From a candidate division WOR-3 bacterium (GTDB lineage Bacteria > Hydrothermota > Tepidihabitantia > Tepidihabitantales > DTDR01), in the NCBI GenBank assembly GCA_039801885.1, contig JBDRVN010000002.1, forward strand, positions 2,057-66,056: a stretch of DNA of 64,000 nucleotides, written 5' to 3'. Below, in pieces: positions 1 through 9,723 of the stretch. The stretch's first letter is position 1. Each line of letters opens with the position of its first letter. Below the pieces are notes generated by a model, which saw only the letters and a list, made by a program, of their open reading frames with translations, ran no database searches and was not told where the DNA came from. Both the position numbers and the translations under genes were made by a program.

Positions 1-793
1 TTACACTATAAGATAATAGATTGTGAACCAATAAGGAGAATTTTTTGGGAGGAATTGGTAAATTATTCTTTTTTGCCACTTCTTCACAGAAAGGAAGTTT
101 TTCCTTAATAATCATTTCTAAGAATTTCAAGATGTTGTCAGAATATTTTTTAGGACCTTCTTTGGTGATAATTTCATATAGGATAATTCCTAAGGAATAA
201 AAATCTGTTCGTGGATCAATATAAGTTCCTTTTAATAATTCCGGTGCGCAATAACCAATTGTTCCACCAATTTCTAAAGAAAGAGGCGCTATTTTTTCGG
301 TAAATCCAAAATCTAATAATTTAACAATTGGTTCCTTCTCACCATATTTATCAATTTTCATTGAAACAAGAATATGTTCAGGTTTTAAATCTCCATGGAT
401 TGCCGAAAAAGAATGGATAAAATCCAGAGCCTTTAAAATTTCCACCAGAACCAAAAGTAAGTCATCGTTATAGCCATTAGAGAAAAATTTATCAATTGGC
501 AAACCTTCAAAATATTCCATTGTAAAAAATGGTAAAGAATCCTCGGAATAATTGAAATCTAAAACAGTAATAATATTAGGATGATTAAAATGAGTAAGGA
601 AATAAAACTCTTTGGAAAGTCTTGAGAAATATTCAGGTTTTTCTTTATATTCAGGTTTTAATATCTTTAAAGAGATAATCCGGTCACTAATCAAATCTTT
701 TGCCTTATATACTTCACTAAATAGTCCATCTCCTAAAAAAGATAAAACTTGATATCTATCCTTTATTAAACTTCCGTCCTTAAAACCTGGCAT
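1..793 (-). CDS. Ser/Thr protein kinase, N-terminal kinase domain (partial, C-terminus beyond window start)
   Basis: Own translation of the minus strand from the ATG at 793 gives MPGFKDGSLIKDRYQ... It contains the catalytic loop HGDLKPEHIL, a DFG motif (LLDFGF) and an APE-like GYCAPE. It is missing from the ORF track because it runs off the window edge without a stop. Confidence 0.75.
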   Translation of the reverse strand, partial: MPGFKDGSLIKDRYQVLSFLGDGLFSEVYKAKDLISDRIISLKILKPEYKEKPEYFSRLSKEFYFLTHFNHPNIITVLDFNYSEDSLPFFTMEYFEGLPIDKFFSNGYNDDLLLVLVEILKALDFIHSFSAIHGDLKPEHILVSMKIDKYGEKEPIVKLLDFGFTEKIAPLSLEIGGTIGYCAPELLKGTYIDPRTDFYSLGIILYEIITKEGPKKYSDNILKFLEMIIKEKLPFCEEVAKKNNLPIPPKKFSLLVHNLLSYSV

Positions 794-837
794 ATATTTA
801 AATTATAACAAAAAAAATTAATAAGTCAAGAATAAAA

Positions 838-859
838 TGCGACAAATTTAATTGTCGCA
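838..859. promoter_or_regulatory. Perfect inverted repeat TGCGACA-N8-TGTCGCA in a divergent promoter region
   Basis: Read directly as tgcgacaaatttaattgtcgca, between the kinase start at 793 (minus strand) and the CN-hydrolase start at 939 (plus strand). This is an operator-like palindrome. Confidence 0.5.
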
Positions 860-938
860 AAATTTTTATAAGTTGTGTAAAATCAAATAATTATCAAAAT
901 GAATTGATTTTTATTAAATTTTTATTATAATAAATCCT

Positions 939-1742
939 ATGGAAGTATCTCTTGGTTTTTGTCAGTTTGATATCCATTGGGGGGATAAAGAGAAGAATTT
1001 TAAAAAGGTAGAGAAGATTTTTGAGGGGTTAAAAAAAGAGGATAAATCTTTGAAAATAATTGCTTTACCTGAGCTTTTCTCTACTGGCTATCTTTTTTTA
1101 GATAAAAAAGAAATTTCTAAACTATCAGAAAAAGTAGAAGGAGAGACTTATTATTTTTTAAGGGATTTAGCAGAAAATTATAATTCAATAGTCGCTGGCG
1201 GGCTTTTAGAAAAAGAAAATAATAATTTTTATAATTCGGCTTTGATTGTCGCACCTGATGGAAGCTATTTGTTATATAGAAAAATCCATCTTTTCAAAGA
1301 TGAGAAAGATTTATTTGAAAAAGGAGATTTAAAATTAAATGTTTTTAATTATAATAATTTAAAAATTGGAGTTTTAATCTGTTTTGATTATTTTTTCCCA
1401 GAAGCAGCAAGAACATTGGCGATAAAAGGAGCAGAAATTATCTGTCATCCTGCGAATTTGATTTTACCTTATGCTCCTTTGATAACTCAAGTAAGAGCAT
1501 TAGAGAATCGTATATTTTGGATATTAGCGAATAGAATCGGAATAGAAAAAAGGGGAGATAAAGAACTGAAATTTTTAGGGAAAAGTCAAATTATTTCGCC
1601 AAAGGGTGAAATTTTAATAAAAGCAGAAGATGAGGAAACATTAAAACTTGTGGAAGTTAATATTAATGAGGCTAAAGATAAAAAAGTAACCGATAAAAAT
1701 GACCTACTTCTTGATAGAAGAACCGAGTTTTATGAGATTTAA
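939..1742 (+). CDS. Carbon-nitrogen hydrolase (nitrilase superfamily) amidohydrolase
   Basis: 267 aa. The Glu-Lys-Cys catalytic triad is in its usual context (PELF...; RKIHLF; LICFDYFFPE). An N-carbamoylputrescine amidase-like function is possible but cannot be resolved from sequence alone. Confidence 0.8.
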   Translation: MEVSLGFCQFDIHWGDKEKNFKKVEKIFEGLKKEDKSLKIIALPELFSTGYLFLDKKEISKLSEKVEGETYYFLRDLAENYNSIVAGGLLEKENNNFYNSALIVAPDGSYLLYRKIHLFKDEKDLFEKGDLKLNVFNYNNLKIGVLICFDYFFPEAARTLAIKGAEIICHPANLILPYAPLITQVRALENRIFWILANRIGIEKRGDKELKFLGKSQIISPKGEILIKAEDEETLKLVEVNINEAKDKKVTDKNDLLLDRRTEFYEI

Positions 1743-2633
1743 AAGATATAAGATTAATGCCCTTTGGATATGGAGACGATTTTCTGCCTGATCTAAGACG
1801 ATAGAATTTTCGCTATCTAATACTTCATCGGTGATCTCTTCTCCACGGTGAGCAGGCAGGCAGTGCATAATTTTATAATCTTTTTTAGTCAATTTTAATA
1901 ATTCGAAGTTTATTTGAAATCTTTGGAAATCTTTAATTCTTTTCTCTTTTTCGCTTTCCTGTCCCATAGAAATCCAAACATCCGTATAAATATAATTACA
2001 TTCTTTTACTACTTCTTTCGGATCATCGGTTAAAATAACTTTATCTTTTGAGAATTCAATTATTTCTTTATTAGGCTCGTATCCCTTAGGTGTCGCAACC
2101 ATCATATTAACACCGAGGATTTGAGCACCAAGCATTAAGGAGTGACAAACATTATTACCATCGCCAATAAAACCAAGTTTTATTCTTTTTATATCCTTTT
2201 CTCTTTCCCAGATAGTATAGTAATCAGCAAGTGCCTGACAAGGATGTTCATAATCATCCAAAGCATTGATTACCGGTATCTTGCTGTATTCTTTCAATTC
2301 TTTTGTGATATTGTGAGAGAAAGTTCGGAGAATGATTAAATCAACCCATCGTGATAGATTTTGAGCAATATCCTTTATACTTTCCCTTTTCCCCATTTGG
2401 ACATCATTAGGACTTAAATAGATAGCATCACCACCAAGTTGTTTTAATGCGGTCTCAAAGGTCACCCGAGTTCTTAAAGAAGGTTTTTCAAATAAAAGCA
2501 CACCAATCCTTCCTTTGAGTAAGTTCAAAACCTTCTTTTTCTTAAAGATTTTCTTTAAATCTTTCGTCTTTTTAAATAAAAAGATAATTTCTCTCTTATT
2601 TAAATCTCTTAATGAAATTAAATCTCTTTTCAT
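1704..2633 (-). CDS. Ornithine carbamoyltransferase family (OTCase or putrescine carbamoyltransferase-like)
   Basis: 309 aa. It carries STRTR (SLRTRVTFE), HPCQ, the OTCase-type DxxxSMG (DVWISMGQE) and HCLP motifs. Its 3' end overlaps the preceding gene convergently by 39 nt. Confidence 0.8.
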   Translation of the reverse strand: MKRDLISLRDLNKREIIFLFKKTKDLKKIFKKKKVLNLLKGRIGVLLFEKPSLRTRVTFETALKQLGGDAIYLSPNDVQMGKRESIKDIAQNLSRWVDLIILRTFSHNITKELKEYSKIPVINALDDYEHPCQALADYYTIWEREKDIKRIKLGFIGDGNNVCHSLMLGAQILGVNMMVATPKGYEPNKEIIEFSKDKVILTDDPKEVVKECNYIYTDVWISMGQESEKEKRIKDFQRFQINFELLKLTKKDYKIMHCLPAHRGEEITDEVLDSENSIVLDQAENRLHIQRALILYLLNLIKLGSSIKK

Positions 2634-2669
2634 AAAGGAATTATAAAAAATTATTAAATATTTTCAAAT

Positions 2670-3782
2670 TTACGGTTCGATGTGGATATTCACCTTTTTT
2701 ATAAAATCTAAACTTTTTAATTCTTTTTCAATATTATGGATTATTTCGTGGGTTTTCGGTAAAGGATAGTGTTTCTTAATTTTAATTTCTAAGTCTACTT
2801 GGTATTCGTCATAAAAAGGGAAAACAGATATCTTTTTTATTTCTTTTATTTCTTTAATCTTTTTTAATTTTTGATAGATAAGTTTTTCTAAATCTTCTTT
2901 TTTTGTTAATTCTTCCTTTGGTTCCAAATGGATAAAAACTTCTTCCACATTTTCTATTTTATCTTTGATTTCTTTCTCCAAATTTTCGGTAAGGTCGTGA
3001 GCAGAAAAAAGATTATGTTCTTTATCTAAGCTTAAATGAAAATCAATAAAAATTTTACCACCGCTTCTTCTTGTTCGGATATTATGGGCATATTTACCGC
3101 CTTCGCTTTCTTTAATAATCTTTTCAATTTTTCCCCTTTCTTTTTCTTCTATTTGAGTGTCGATTAAAATCTTACCTTCTTTGATAAAGATTTTTATACC
3201 AGTAATTAAAATAATGATTATTAAAACAAAACTTATGATTGGGTCTAATAAAAGATATTCTTTTCCTAAAATGATTGCTAAAGAAACACCAATTGTTGTT
3301 GCAATAGAAGAGAAAACATCAGAACGATGGTGATAGGCATTAGCAACCAAAAGGGAGTTATTTAGTCTTTCACCAATTACTTTTGTTATTCTAAAAAGGA
3401 TTTCTTTTGAGATAATTGTTAAAATTGAACCAATTAATACATAAGAAGAGATTTCTTTTATAATCTTTCTGTTTAAGATATTTAAAAAGGTGATAAAAGA
3501 ATTGAAACCTAAATAAACAGATGTGGCAATTAAAATTATCGCGAGAAGTAAGGCAGAAAGATTCTCTACCCGATAATGGCCGTAGGGATGGCTGAGATCT
3601 TTTTCTTTTTGAGAAAGAGAAAGAGAGAAGAGGACACCAAAATCCGTGATTAAATCAGAAAGGGAATGAATACCATCAGCAACGATTGCCTGACTTCTTC
3701 CCAATATTCCTAAAAAGATTTTTAAAAAGGATAAAAGAATATTAAAAAAAATACTAATTGTGGTTATTCTTTTAGCACTCAT
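2670..3782 (-). CDS. Cation diffusion facilitator (CDF) family metal efflux transporter
   Basis: 370 aa. It has an N-terminal block of six TM segments with the HSLSDLITD and HHRSD motifs, followed by a C-terminal cytoplasmic domain. Confidence 0.75.
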   Translation of the reverse strand: MSAKRITTISIFFNILLSFLKIFLGILGRSQAIVADGIHSLSDLITDFGVLFSLSLSQKEKDLSHPYGHYRVENLSALLLAIILIATSVYLGFNSFITFLNILNRKIIKEISSYVLIGSILTIISKEILFRITKVIGERLNNSLLVANAYHHRSDVFSSIATTIGVSLAIILGKEYLLLDPIISFVLIIIILITGIKIFIKEGKILIDTQIEEKERGKIEKIIKESEGGKYAHNIRTRRSGGKIFIDFHLSLDKEHNLFSAHDLTENLEKEIKDKIENVEEVFIHLEPKEELTKKEDLEKLIYQKLKKIKEIKEIKKISVFPFYDEYQVDLEIKIKKHYPLPKTHEIIHNIEKELKSLDFIKKVNIHIEP

Positions 3783-3785
3783 ATT

Positions 3786-4754
3786 TTAATTGGCAAAGGC
3801 TTCAACATTAAAATCAGAAGCACCTTCCTTTTGATATTGATAATAGGCAGCACAAGCAATCATTGCACCATTATCTAAGCATAATTCTTTTTTGGGGATA
3901 AAAATCCGATAATTCTTATCTCTTGTCAAAAGAGAAAGTCTTTCTTTTAATCTTTCATTTACGGCTACGCCACCCACAATGCCGATATTTTTGATATTAA
4001 ACTCTTCGGATGCCTTATTGATTGCCAATATTAGATAGTCAATAACTGTCTCTTGGAAGGAATGGGCAACATCATTTTCATTATAATGTTGGTTTTCTTT
4101 TAGATAATATAAAACAGCGGTTTTTAATCCAGAAAAAGAGAAGTTGTAATTTTTTATTAAAGGAATTGGGAAATTAATATTTCTCTTCCCTTTTTTAGCT
4201 AATCTTTCAATATAAGGACCACCCGGATATGGTTTTTTAAGCATTTTGGCAACCTTATCAAAGGCTTCGCCACAAGCATCATCCATTGTCTGTCCCAAAA
4301 GTTCATATCTCCAATTTTCTTTTAAGATATATAACTCCGTATGACCGCCAGAAATTAATAGGACAATCATTGGCAATGGTAAATTTTCATATTCCAAAAC
4401 TAAGGAATAGATATGACCAACCAAGTGATTTATAGCACAAAAAGGAATATTTAAGGAAAAAGCAAGGGACTTAGCAAAAGATAAGCCACAAAGTAAAGAA
4501 CCCATTAATCCAGGCCCATTAGTAACACCAATTAAATTAATATCTTTTAATGAGACATCTGCTGCCTTTAAGGCAATTTCGGTAATTGGTAAAATAGTTT
4601 GGATATGTACCCTGGCTGCTGCTTCCGGAATTACACCGCCATATTTGGAATGGATAACTTGCGAAGCAATAATATTGCTTAAAATCTCTCTGCCATTTTT
4701 TATCACACCAACCGCTGTTTCATCACAACTGGTATCAATACCTAATATCAACAT
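3786..4754 (-). CDS. tsaD: tRNA N6-adenosine threonylcarbamoyltransferase TsaD
   Basis: 322 aa. It starts MLILGIDTSCDETAVGV and has the Kae1/YgjD-type His motifs (HLVGH, SGGH). Confidence 0.9.
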   Translation of the reverse strand: MLILGIDTSCDETAVGVIKNGREILSNIIASQVIHSKYGGVIPEAAARVHIQTILPITEIALKAADVSLKDINLIGVTNGPGLMGSLLCGLSFAKSLAFSLNIPFCAINHLVGHIYSLVLEYENLPLPMIVLLISGGHTELYILKENWRYELLGQTMDDACGEAFDKVAKMLKKPYPGGPYIERLAKKGKRNINFPIPLIKNYNFSFSGLKTAVLYYLKENQHYNENDVAHSFQETVIDYLILAINKASEEFNIKNIGIVGGVAVNERLKERLSLLTRDKNYRIFIPKKELCLDNGAMIACAAYYQYQKEGASDFNVEAFAN

Positions 4755-5693
4755 TTAAAAAACCTCCAATTCAAATTTTTCCGGATTGCATTTTTTAAAA
4801 GATACCTGTTTTGGCAAAATAATTTCTGCCGGTAGTTTGTATTTTCCCTTTTTTAAATTCACTGCGTTAACTATTACTTTAATATTTTTTATTTGTAATG
4901 TATCTAAAATATTTTCTGGACCACGGACAACAATCTGACAGGTTTTTGGTTCTAATTTTATTTTTAGATTACCAATAATATTTATCGGAACATTTTTAAA
5001 CTCTTTTTCAATTATCTTGACAAAATAAAATTGTAATTTAATTTCTTCTTTTTCTGGTTGGAAATAATTTTGATTGGGATTTATAAGATAAACATTTCCT
5101 TCGGCATAATATTGATTTCTTATAGAATCAAAAAGGATTTTAAATTTCTTTAGATTTAATGATTCCGTAGAAATTTCCTTTAAAAAATCTAATTCACTTT
5201 TTGGTCCTTTTACTTTTATTTTTTCTTCAGAAGTTTTTACTAAGAAATAATCGTCTCTTTCTTCTTTAAAAACAGGGTTTATTTTTAACTCTTTTTCAAC
5301 AATTTTATCAATCTCAATTTCTAAATAATTAGGGAAGTAAGAAATTAATTGTAAATCTTTAATATTTCTAATCTGTTCTAAATCAATATATAAGCGAAAA
5401 CGATAAGGAAATTTTTCTATCGGTGTTTTTAAAATCTGGTTAAAATCTAATTTATATTCTCTTAGATGTTTTTGGTTATTTAAAAAATTCCTTCCTTTAC
5501 TTCTTATTTCACAAGTAATTTCTTGCGGTGATTGTTTTAATATAAAAATCTCTTGGGTAATTTTATTTATCTTTATCTTTATCTTTATCTGTAAGTTATG
5601 TTCCTTTTCCAAAACCGCTAAAAACCAAAGAAAAAGGGCAAAGAAAATACTGATAATTGTTATTGTCGGGAATCTTTTTGGCATATCAAACAA
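4755..5693 (-). CDS. Membrane-anchored hypothetical protein (possibly YbbR-like repeat protein)
   Basis: 312 aa with an N-terminal TM segment. Its composition is low-complexity and rich in K, I and E. I recognise no confident family. Confidence 0.4.
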   Translation of the reverse strand: MFDMPKRFPTITIISIFFALFLWFLAVLEKEHNLQIKIKIKINKITQEIFILKQSPQEITCEIRSKGRNFLNNQKHLREYKLDFNQILKTPIEKFPYRFRLYIDLEQIRNIKDLQLISYFPNYLEIEIDKIVEKELKINPVFKEERDDYFLVKTSEEKIKVKGPKSELDFLKEISTESLNLKKFKILFDSIRNQYYAEGNVYLINPNQNYFQPEKEEIKLQFYFVKIIEKEFKNVPINIIGNLKIKLEPKTCQIVVRGPENILDTLQIKNIKVIVNAVNLKKGKYKLPAEIILPKQVSFKKCNPEKFELEVF

Positions 5694-6031
5694 AAGGCAA
5701 TAGCATAATCTTTAATATGAGAAATTGAAGAATATACCTCTTTATCTTTTAAAAACTCCTTTACCTTTCCTTTACCAAAGATTTTTGGAATTTTATTAAT
5801 ATTTTTTATCTCAATATCTTTCAAAGGAAAAATCTTTTTTGCTGCCTTGATAAAACTCTCTTTTAAAGCAAACCTGCCCGCATAATGAAGATACTTCTTT
5901 TCTTTAAATTTCTCACAATATTTAATCTCTCTTTCGGAAAAGACCTTTTTTAAACTTTTTTTCTTTTTATTCCTAACCATTTTCTTAACTCTTTTTACAT
6001 CAATAATATCAATACCAATTCCGTAAATCAT
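5660..6031 (-). CDS. acpS: Holo-[acyl-carrier-protein] synthase AcpS
   Basis: 123 aa. It starts MIYGIGIDIIDVKRV and has the AcpS length and motifs. Confidence 0.85.
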   Translation of the reverse strand: MIYGIGIDIIDVKRVKKMVRNKKKKSLKKVFSEREIKYCEKFKEKKYLHYAGRFALKESFIKAAKKIFPLKDIEIKNINKIPKIFGKGKVKEFLKDKEVYSSISHIKDYAIAFCLICQKDSRQ

Positions 6032-6717
6032 CTATCTTTCCGGTTAAGTTCATCAACAATCTTAATAATTTCAATAATATCATTTAACTCATAATCCGCA
6101 TTACTCTCTTTCGTATTAAAAGTATCACCATATCTGGCAAAAGCAGTTTTCATGCCAACTAATTTAGCACCAATAATATCCCTTTCCCGCCAATCGCCAA
6201 CCATTATCACCTCTTCTGGTTTTAAATTTAATATTTTTAATACCAAAAAAAAGGGCTCTTTGTCAGGTTTTTTCTTTTTGGTATCTTCATAGGCAACAAC
6301 ACAATCAAAATAGTTTAAAAATCCCAAATAGCATAATCTTAAATAGGCTTGCAGTTTAGGTGCATCAGAAACAACCGCCAATTTTAACCCCCTTTTAATT
6401 AACTCTAAAAGAGTATATTCCGTATGGGGATAAGGAACCAAACTAAAATCTTTTGCCCGACGATAACCAACAATACCAGCCGCAAGAATTTTATAATCAA
6501 TATTACCAAACTTTTTAGAAAGGAAATCTTGAAAAACTTCTTGGTATTCAATCCCTTTTTCTTCATAGATTTTATAAATCTCTTTTTTTACTTCTTCTTT
6601 ATCCATATTAAGACCAGCATCGATCATATAATTGACCGCTTCCTCAATAGCCAAATCCTTCATTTTGACAAAATCAATCAAGGTATTATCCAAATCAAAA
6701 ACAACGCCTTTGATCAT
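6028..6717 (-). CDS. HAD-superfamily hydrolase
   Basis: Motif I is VVFDLDNTLIDF and motif IV is MVGDWRERD. The ORF-track N-terminal extension (to 6819) is probably not translated. An ATG at 6717 gives MIKGVVFDLD and makes a 4-nt overlap with the upstream HIT gene. Confidence 0.75.
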   Translation of the reverse strand: MIKGVVFDLDNTLIDFVKMKDLAIEEAVNYMIDAGLNMDKEEVKKEIYKIYEEKGIEYQEVFQDFLSKKFGNIDYKILAAGIVGYRRAKDFSLVPYPHTEYTLLELIKRGLKLAVVSDAPKLQAYLRLCYLGFLNYFDCVVAYEDTKKKKPDKEPFFLVLKILNLKPEEVIMVGDWRERDIIGAKLVGMKTAFARYGDTFNTKESNADYELNDIIEIIKIVDELNRKDR

Positions 6718-7193
6718 TTTTGAAAATGGGAAAGGAGTTTTTTGTAAGTAGTTCTTAAATGTTCGGAAATAACTTTGGTTTCGGCTAAGAGGGGCATAAA
6801 ATTGGTATCGCCTTGCCAACGGGGGACAATGTGGATATGAAAATGATCCTTGACACCAGCGCCAGCAACTTCTCCTAAATTTGCTCCAATATTAAAACCT
6901 TGGGGTGAAAAAGTTTTCTTTAATGCTTCAATTGCCTTTTCCAACAAATTAAAAATATCCAAAATTTCTTCTTTTCCAAAATCCTTTAACTCTTTTTTGT
7001 GAAGATTACAAACAACCATTAAGTGGCCATTATTATAGGGGTAACGATTTAAGAGTAAAAAAGAATGGGTTGAGCGGAAAAGAACAAAATTCTTTTCATC
7101 ATTATTCTCTTTAAAAATCTCACAAAAAATACAGCCTTCTTTTTTATTTTTGTCAATATATTCCATTCGCCAAGGAGCAAAAAGGTTCTCCAT
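6714..7193 (-). CDS. HIT-family (histidine triad) nucleotide hydrolase/transferase
   Basis: 159 aa. The histidine triad is present as HFHIHIVPR, and there is an N-terminal CIFCEI cysteine pair. Confidence 0.75.
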   Translation of the reverse strand: MENLFAPWRMEYIDKNKKEGCIFCEIFKENNDEKNFVLFRSTHSFLLLNRYPYNNGHLMVVCNLHKKELKDFGKEEILDIFNLLEKAIEALKKTFSPQGFNIGANLGEVAGAGVKDHFHIHIVPRWQGDTNFMPLLAETKVISEHLRTTYKKLLSHFQK

Positions 7194-7342
7194 ATCTTAA
7201 ATTTAATGAAATTTCTTTTAAAATCAATAAAGTAACTGACTAAGAAAATCTTTGATTTAAAAATGTCAGCGTTTGAATATAATATATTGACATTATTAAA
7301 AATTTTTAGTATATTTAAAGTGATAATTAAAAAGGAGAGAGA

Positions 7343-7576
7343 ATGATGAGGAAAGGCATTATTATCTTTGGTCATTTTTGTATATTATTGGGTTGTTTTT
7401 TGTTTACTTTGGGAATATATCTTTTACCAGCAAATAAACCGACTTTAATTGGAATTTTAACAAAACCATTGTTTGTTGGGTTGGTTTTAATATTTGGTGG
7501 AATCTGTGCCAATGTAAATGCCTGTTGTCGAAGTCTTCAAAAGAAAGAAGATTTAAATATTAATAAAGATAGATAA
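7343..7576 (+). CDS. Small two-TM membrane protein with C-terminal Cys cluster
   Basis: 77 aa. There is a strong SD (aaaggagag) 6 nt upstream. A sigma70-like promoter has ttgaca at about 7289 and tatatt at about 7312. The C-terminus reads CANVNACCRS. Confidence 0.5.
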   Translation: MMRKGIIIFGHFCILLGCFLFTLGIYLLPANKPTLIGILTKPLFVGLVLIFGGICANVNACCRSLQKKEDLNINKDR

Positions 7577-8057
7577 AAAATTAATTGGGTTAAAAAATAT
7601 TTTTGACAACTTTCAATAAATTTTAGATAACATCTATCAATTTACATTATAATTATCTTTTCTGTTTCGCCAAATATCAATCAGTGGATTGATGACCTTA
7701 AAGAGCAGAAAAGAATAGTGATATAGGTAGCTCTCTCTAACAGAACTAATAATGATTTTAAGGGTATTTAGTAGTAATGAAATTAAGAATATGATGAATG
7801 AATAATCTTAAATAATGATTATTGATGATTTTTCTATTTATTGTGTTAATGAATTTTATACTAAGATTGATTTAGGTTGGTATTTTGCCTATTTCCCGAT
7901 TTTCGGTTTTAAAGGTTATATAGTTTTATTTTAATAAGAAGTAATATTTCGCTTATGAGCAGAGTATGAATTTTTTAAGTTTTACTGTTAAAAATTTTTT
8001 CTTAAATCGCTTGACGAATAAAAAAATTTTGTTAAAATTTTACATAAAATGAAGGCC

Positions 8058-8130
8058 GGGGCAGTAGTTCAGTGGGAGAACGCCTCGTTCGCAACGAGGA
8101 GGTCGGCGGTTCAAATCCGCTCTGCTCCAA
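8058..8130 (+). tRNA. tRNA-Ala (anticodon CGC)
   Basis: Cloverleaf read by hand. Acceptor ggggcag pairs with ctgctcc, with the G3:U70 Ala identity pair. The anticodon loop is ttCGCaa. The T-loop is ggttcaaatcc. Confidence 0.8.
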
Positions 8131-8151
8131 AATTTTTGAAAAATAAAGTAA

Positions 8152-8694
8152 ATGGTTCCCAAGAGAGTTTTTTTTACTAAGGGTGTTGGTAAACATCGTG
8201 ACCGCCTTTCGTCTTTTGAGGCGGCTTTGCGCGATGCGAGCATTGCCCAGTTTAATATTGTCCAAGTATCAAGTATTTTACCACCAGCTTGTAGAATTAT
8301 TTCTAAGCATCAAGGATTAAGATATGTTGTCCCTGGAGAAATTATTTTTTGTGTAATGAGTAGTAATGCCACTAATGAGCCTCATCGGTTAATTGCTGCT
8401 TCGGTAGGTGTGGCAATCCCACGGGATAAAAATCAGTATGGTTATCTTTCGGAATATCATTCTTTTGGTGAATCAGAAGTAAAGGCAGGAGAATATGCCG
8501 AAGATTTGGCAGCCCAAATGTTGGCAACTACCTTGGGAGTAGAATTTGATCCAAATACCAGTTATGATGAAAGGAAAGAGATTTGGAAGATTTCTGGGAA
8601 AATATATCGGACAATGAATATTACCCAAACAGCAATTGGTGATAAAAATGGGCTTTGGACAACGGTTGTTGCTTGTGCAGTTTTGATACCATGA
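8152..8694 (+). CDS. pdaD: Pyruvoyl-dependent arginine decarboxylase (PdaD family)
   Basis: 180 aa. It has the N-terminal FFTKGVGKH signature and an internal Ser-Ser (VSSILPP) at the expected self-cleavage site. GC content is noticeably higher than in the flanking genes. Confidence 0.8.
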   Translation: MVPKRVFFTKGVGKHRDRLSSFEAALRDASIAQFNIVQVSSILPPACRIISKHQGLRYVVPGEIIFCVMSSNATNEPHRLIAASVGVAIPRDKNQYGYLSEYHSFGESEVKAGEYAEDLAAQMLATTLGVEFDPNTSYDERKEIWKISGKIYRTMNITQTAIGDKNGLWTTVVACAVLIP

Positions 8695-9710
8695 AAGAGG
8701 AATTTTTAAAAGAACCAACAAAGCCTTTCGAAGTAAATCCCAATGATTCAGTGTCTGATGTTTTGAAAAAGATGGAAAAGATTTCTTTTCAAGGAAGGAC
8801 ATTGGCGCTGGCGTTAAATGTCTGGGAGAAAATGCTTTCGGACGATGTGATAATCTTTTTAGGTTTAGCCGGTGCAATGATTCCAGCTGGAATGAGGAAG
8901 ATAATTGTCTATTTAATAAAAGAACGGTTGATTGATTGTCTTGTTTCTACCGGTGCCAATCTTTTTCACGATATTCACGAAATAAGGGGAAAATATCATT
9001 ATCTGGGAAACCCTAATGTGGATGATACTTTATTAAGAAAATGTAAGATTGATAGAATTTACGATACCTTTGCTAGTGAAGACGAGTTTATTGATACTGA
9101 TAATTTTATTATTGCCCTTTGTGAAAAATTTGACCAGAAAAGGTTTTATTCTACAAGAGAGTTTTTATATCTTTTAGGTAAAGAATTAACCGAATTTCAA
9201 GAAGAGGGGATTGTGAATACTGCTTATAAATTCAATTTTCCGATTTATTGTCCAGCAATTGGTGATTCTTCCATCGGTATTGCTTTAACGGAGGGCAAAA
9301 GAAAGGGAAAGATTGATATTAAGTTTGATATTATAAAAGATGTTTACGAGACTGCTTATTTAACTTCTTTGAAAAAATCTGGAGTTATATATATTGGTGG
9401 CGGAGTGCCGAAAAATTTTATCCAGCAAACTGAGGTAACTGCTCCTTTCTTGGGATTTAAAACTCACGGTCATTCCTATGCTATTCAATTTACTATGGAT
9501 GCACCTCATTGGGGAGGTCTTTCTGGTTGTACCTTTTCCGAAGCACAATCTTGGGGGAAAATTGCCTTAGATGCCAAGATGGTTACTTGCTATTGTGATG
9601 CGACAATTGCTTTGCCAATAGTTGTTTCTGCCTTGGCACAAAAAAAAATAAAAAGAGAGAAAGTTATTCAATTTAAAGATTTAGATAAAGAGAATTTTAA
9701 GATAATTTAA
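8691..9710 (+). CDS. Deoxyhypusine synthase-like protein (DHS family; possibly homospermidine synthase-like)
   Basis: It aligns by eye with eukaryotic and archaeal DHS: [38 protein letters not shown] and [10 protein letters not shown]. An ATG at 8691 forms an ATGA overlap with the pdaD stop. Confidence 0.8.
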   Translation: MKEEFLKEPTKPFEVNPNDSVSDVLKKMEKISFQGRTLALALNVWEKMLSDDVIIFLGLAGAMIPAGMRKIIVYLIKERLIDCLVSTGANLFHDIHEIRGKYHYLGNPNVDDTLLRKCKIDRIYDTFASEDEFIDTDNFIIALCEKFDQKRFYSTREFLYLLGKELTEFQEEGIVNTAYKFNFPIYCPAIGDSSIGIALTEGKRKGKIDIKFDIIKDVYETAYLTSLKKSGVIYIGGGVPKNFIQQTEVTAPFLGFKTHGHSYAIQFTMDAPHWGGLSGCTFSEAQSWGKIALDAKMVTCYCDATIALPIVVSALAQKKIKREKVIQFKDLDKENFKII

Positions 9711-9723
9711 AAAGGAGGCAGAT

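Noticed and set aside
2142-2339. Plus-strand 65-aa ORF inside the OTCase gene
   Set aside because: It is antisense to a conserved enzyme gene.
6424-7375. ORFs 6424..6723 (plus) and 7049..7375 (minus)
   Set aside because: They are antisense to, or out of frame inside, the HAD and HIT genes. Their composition is low-complexity, F/I/K/N-rich AT-translation.
8032-8265. Two minus-strand ORFs (8032..8265 and 8040..8243) overlapping tRNA-Ala and the pdaD 5' end
   Set aside because: They are antisense to a confidently folded tRNA and to the start of a conserved gene. There is no RBS.
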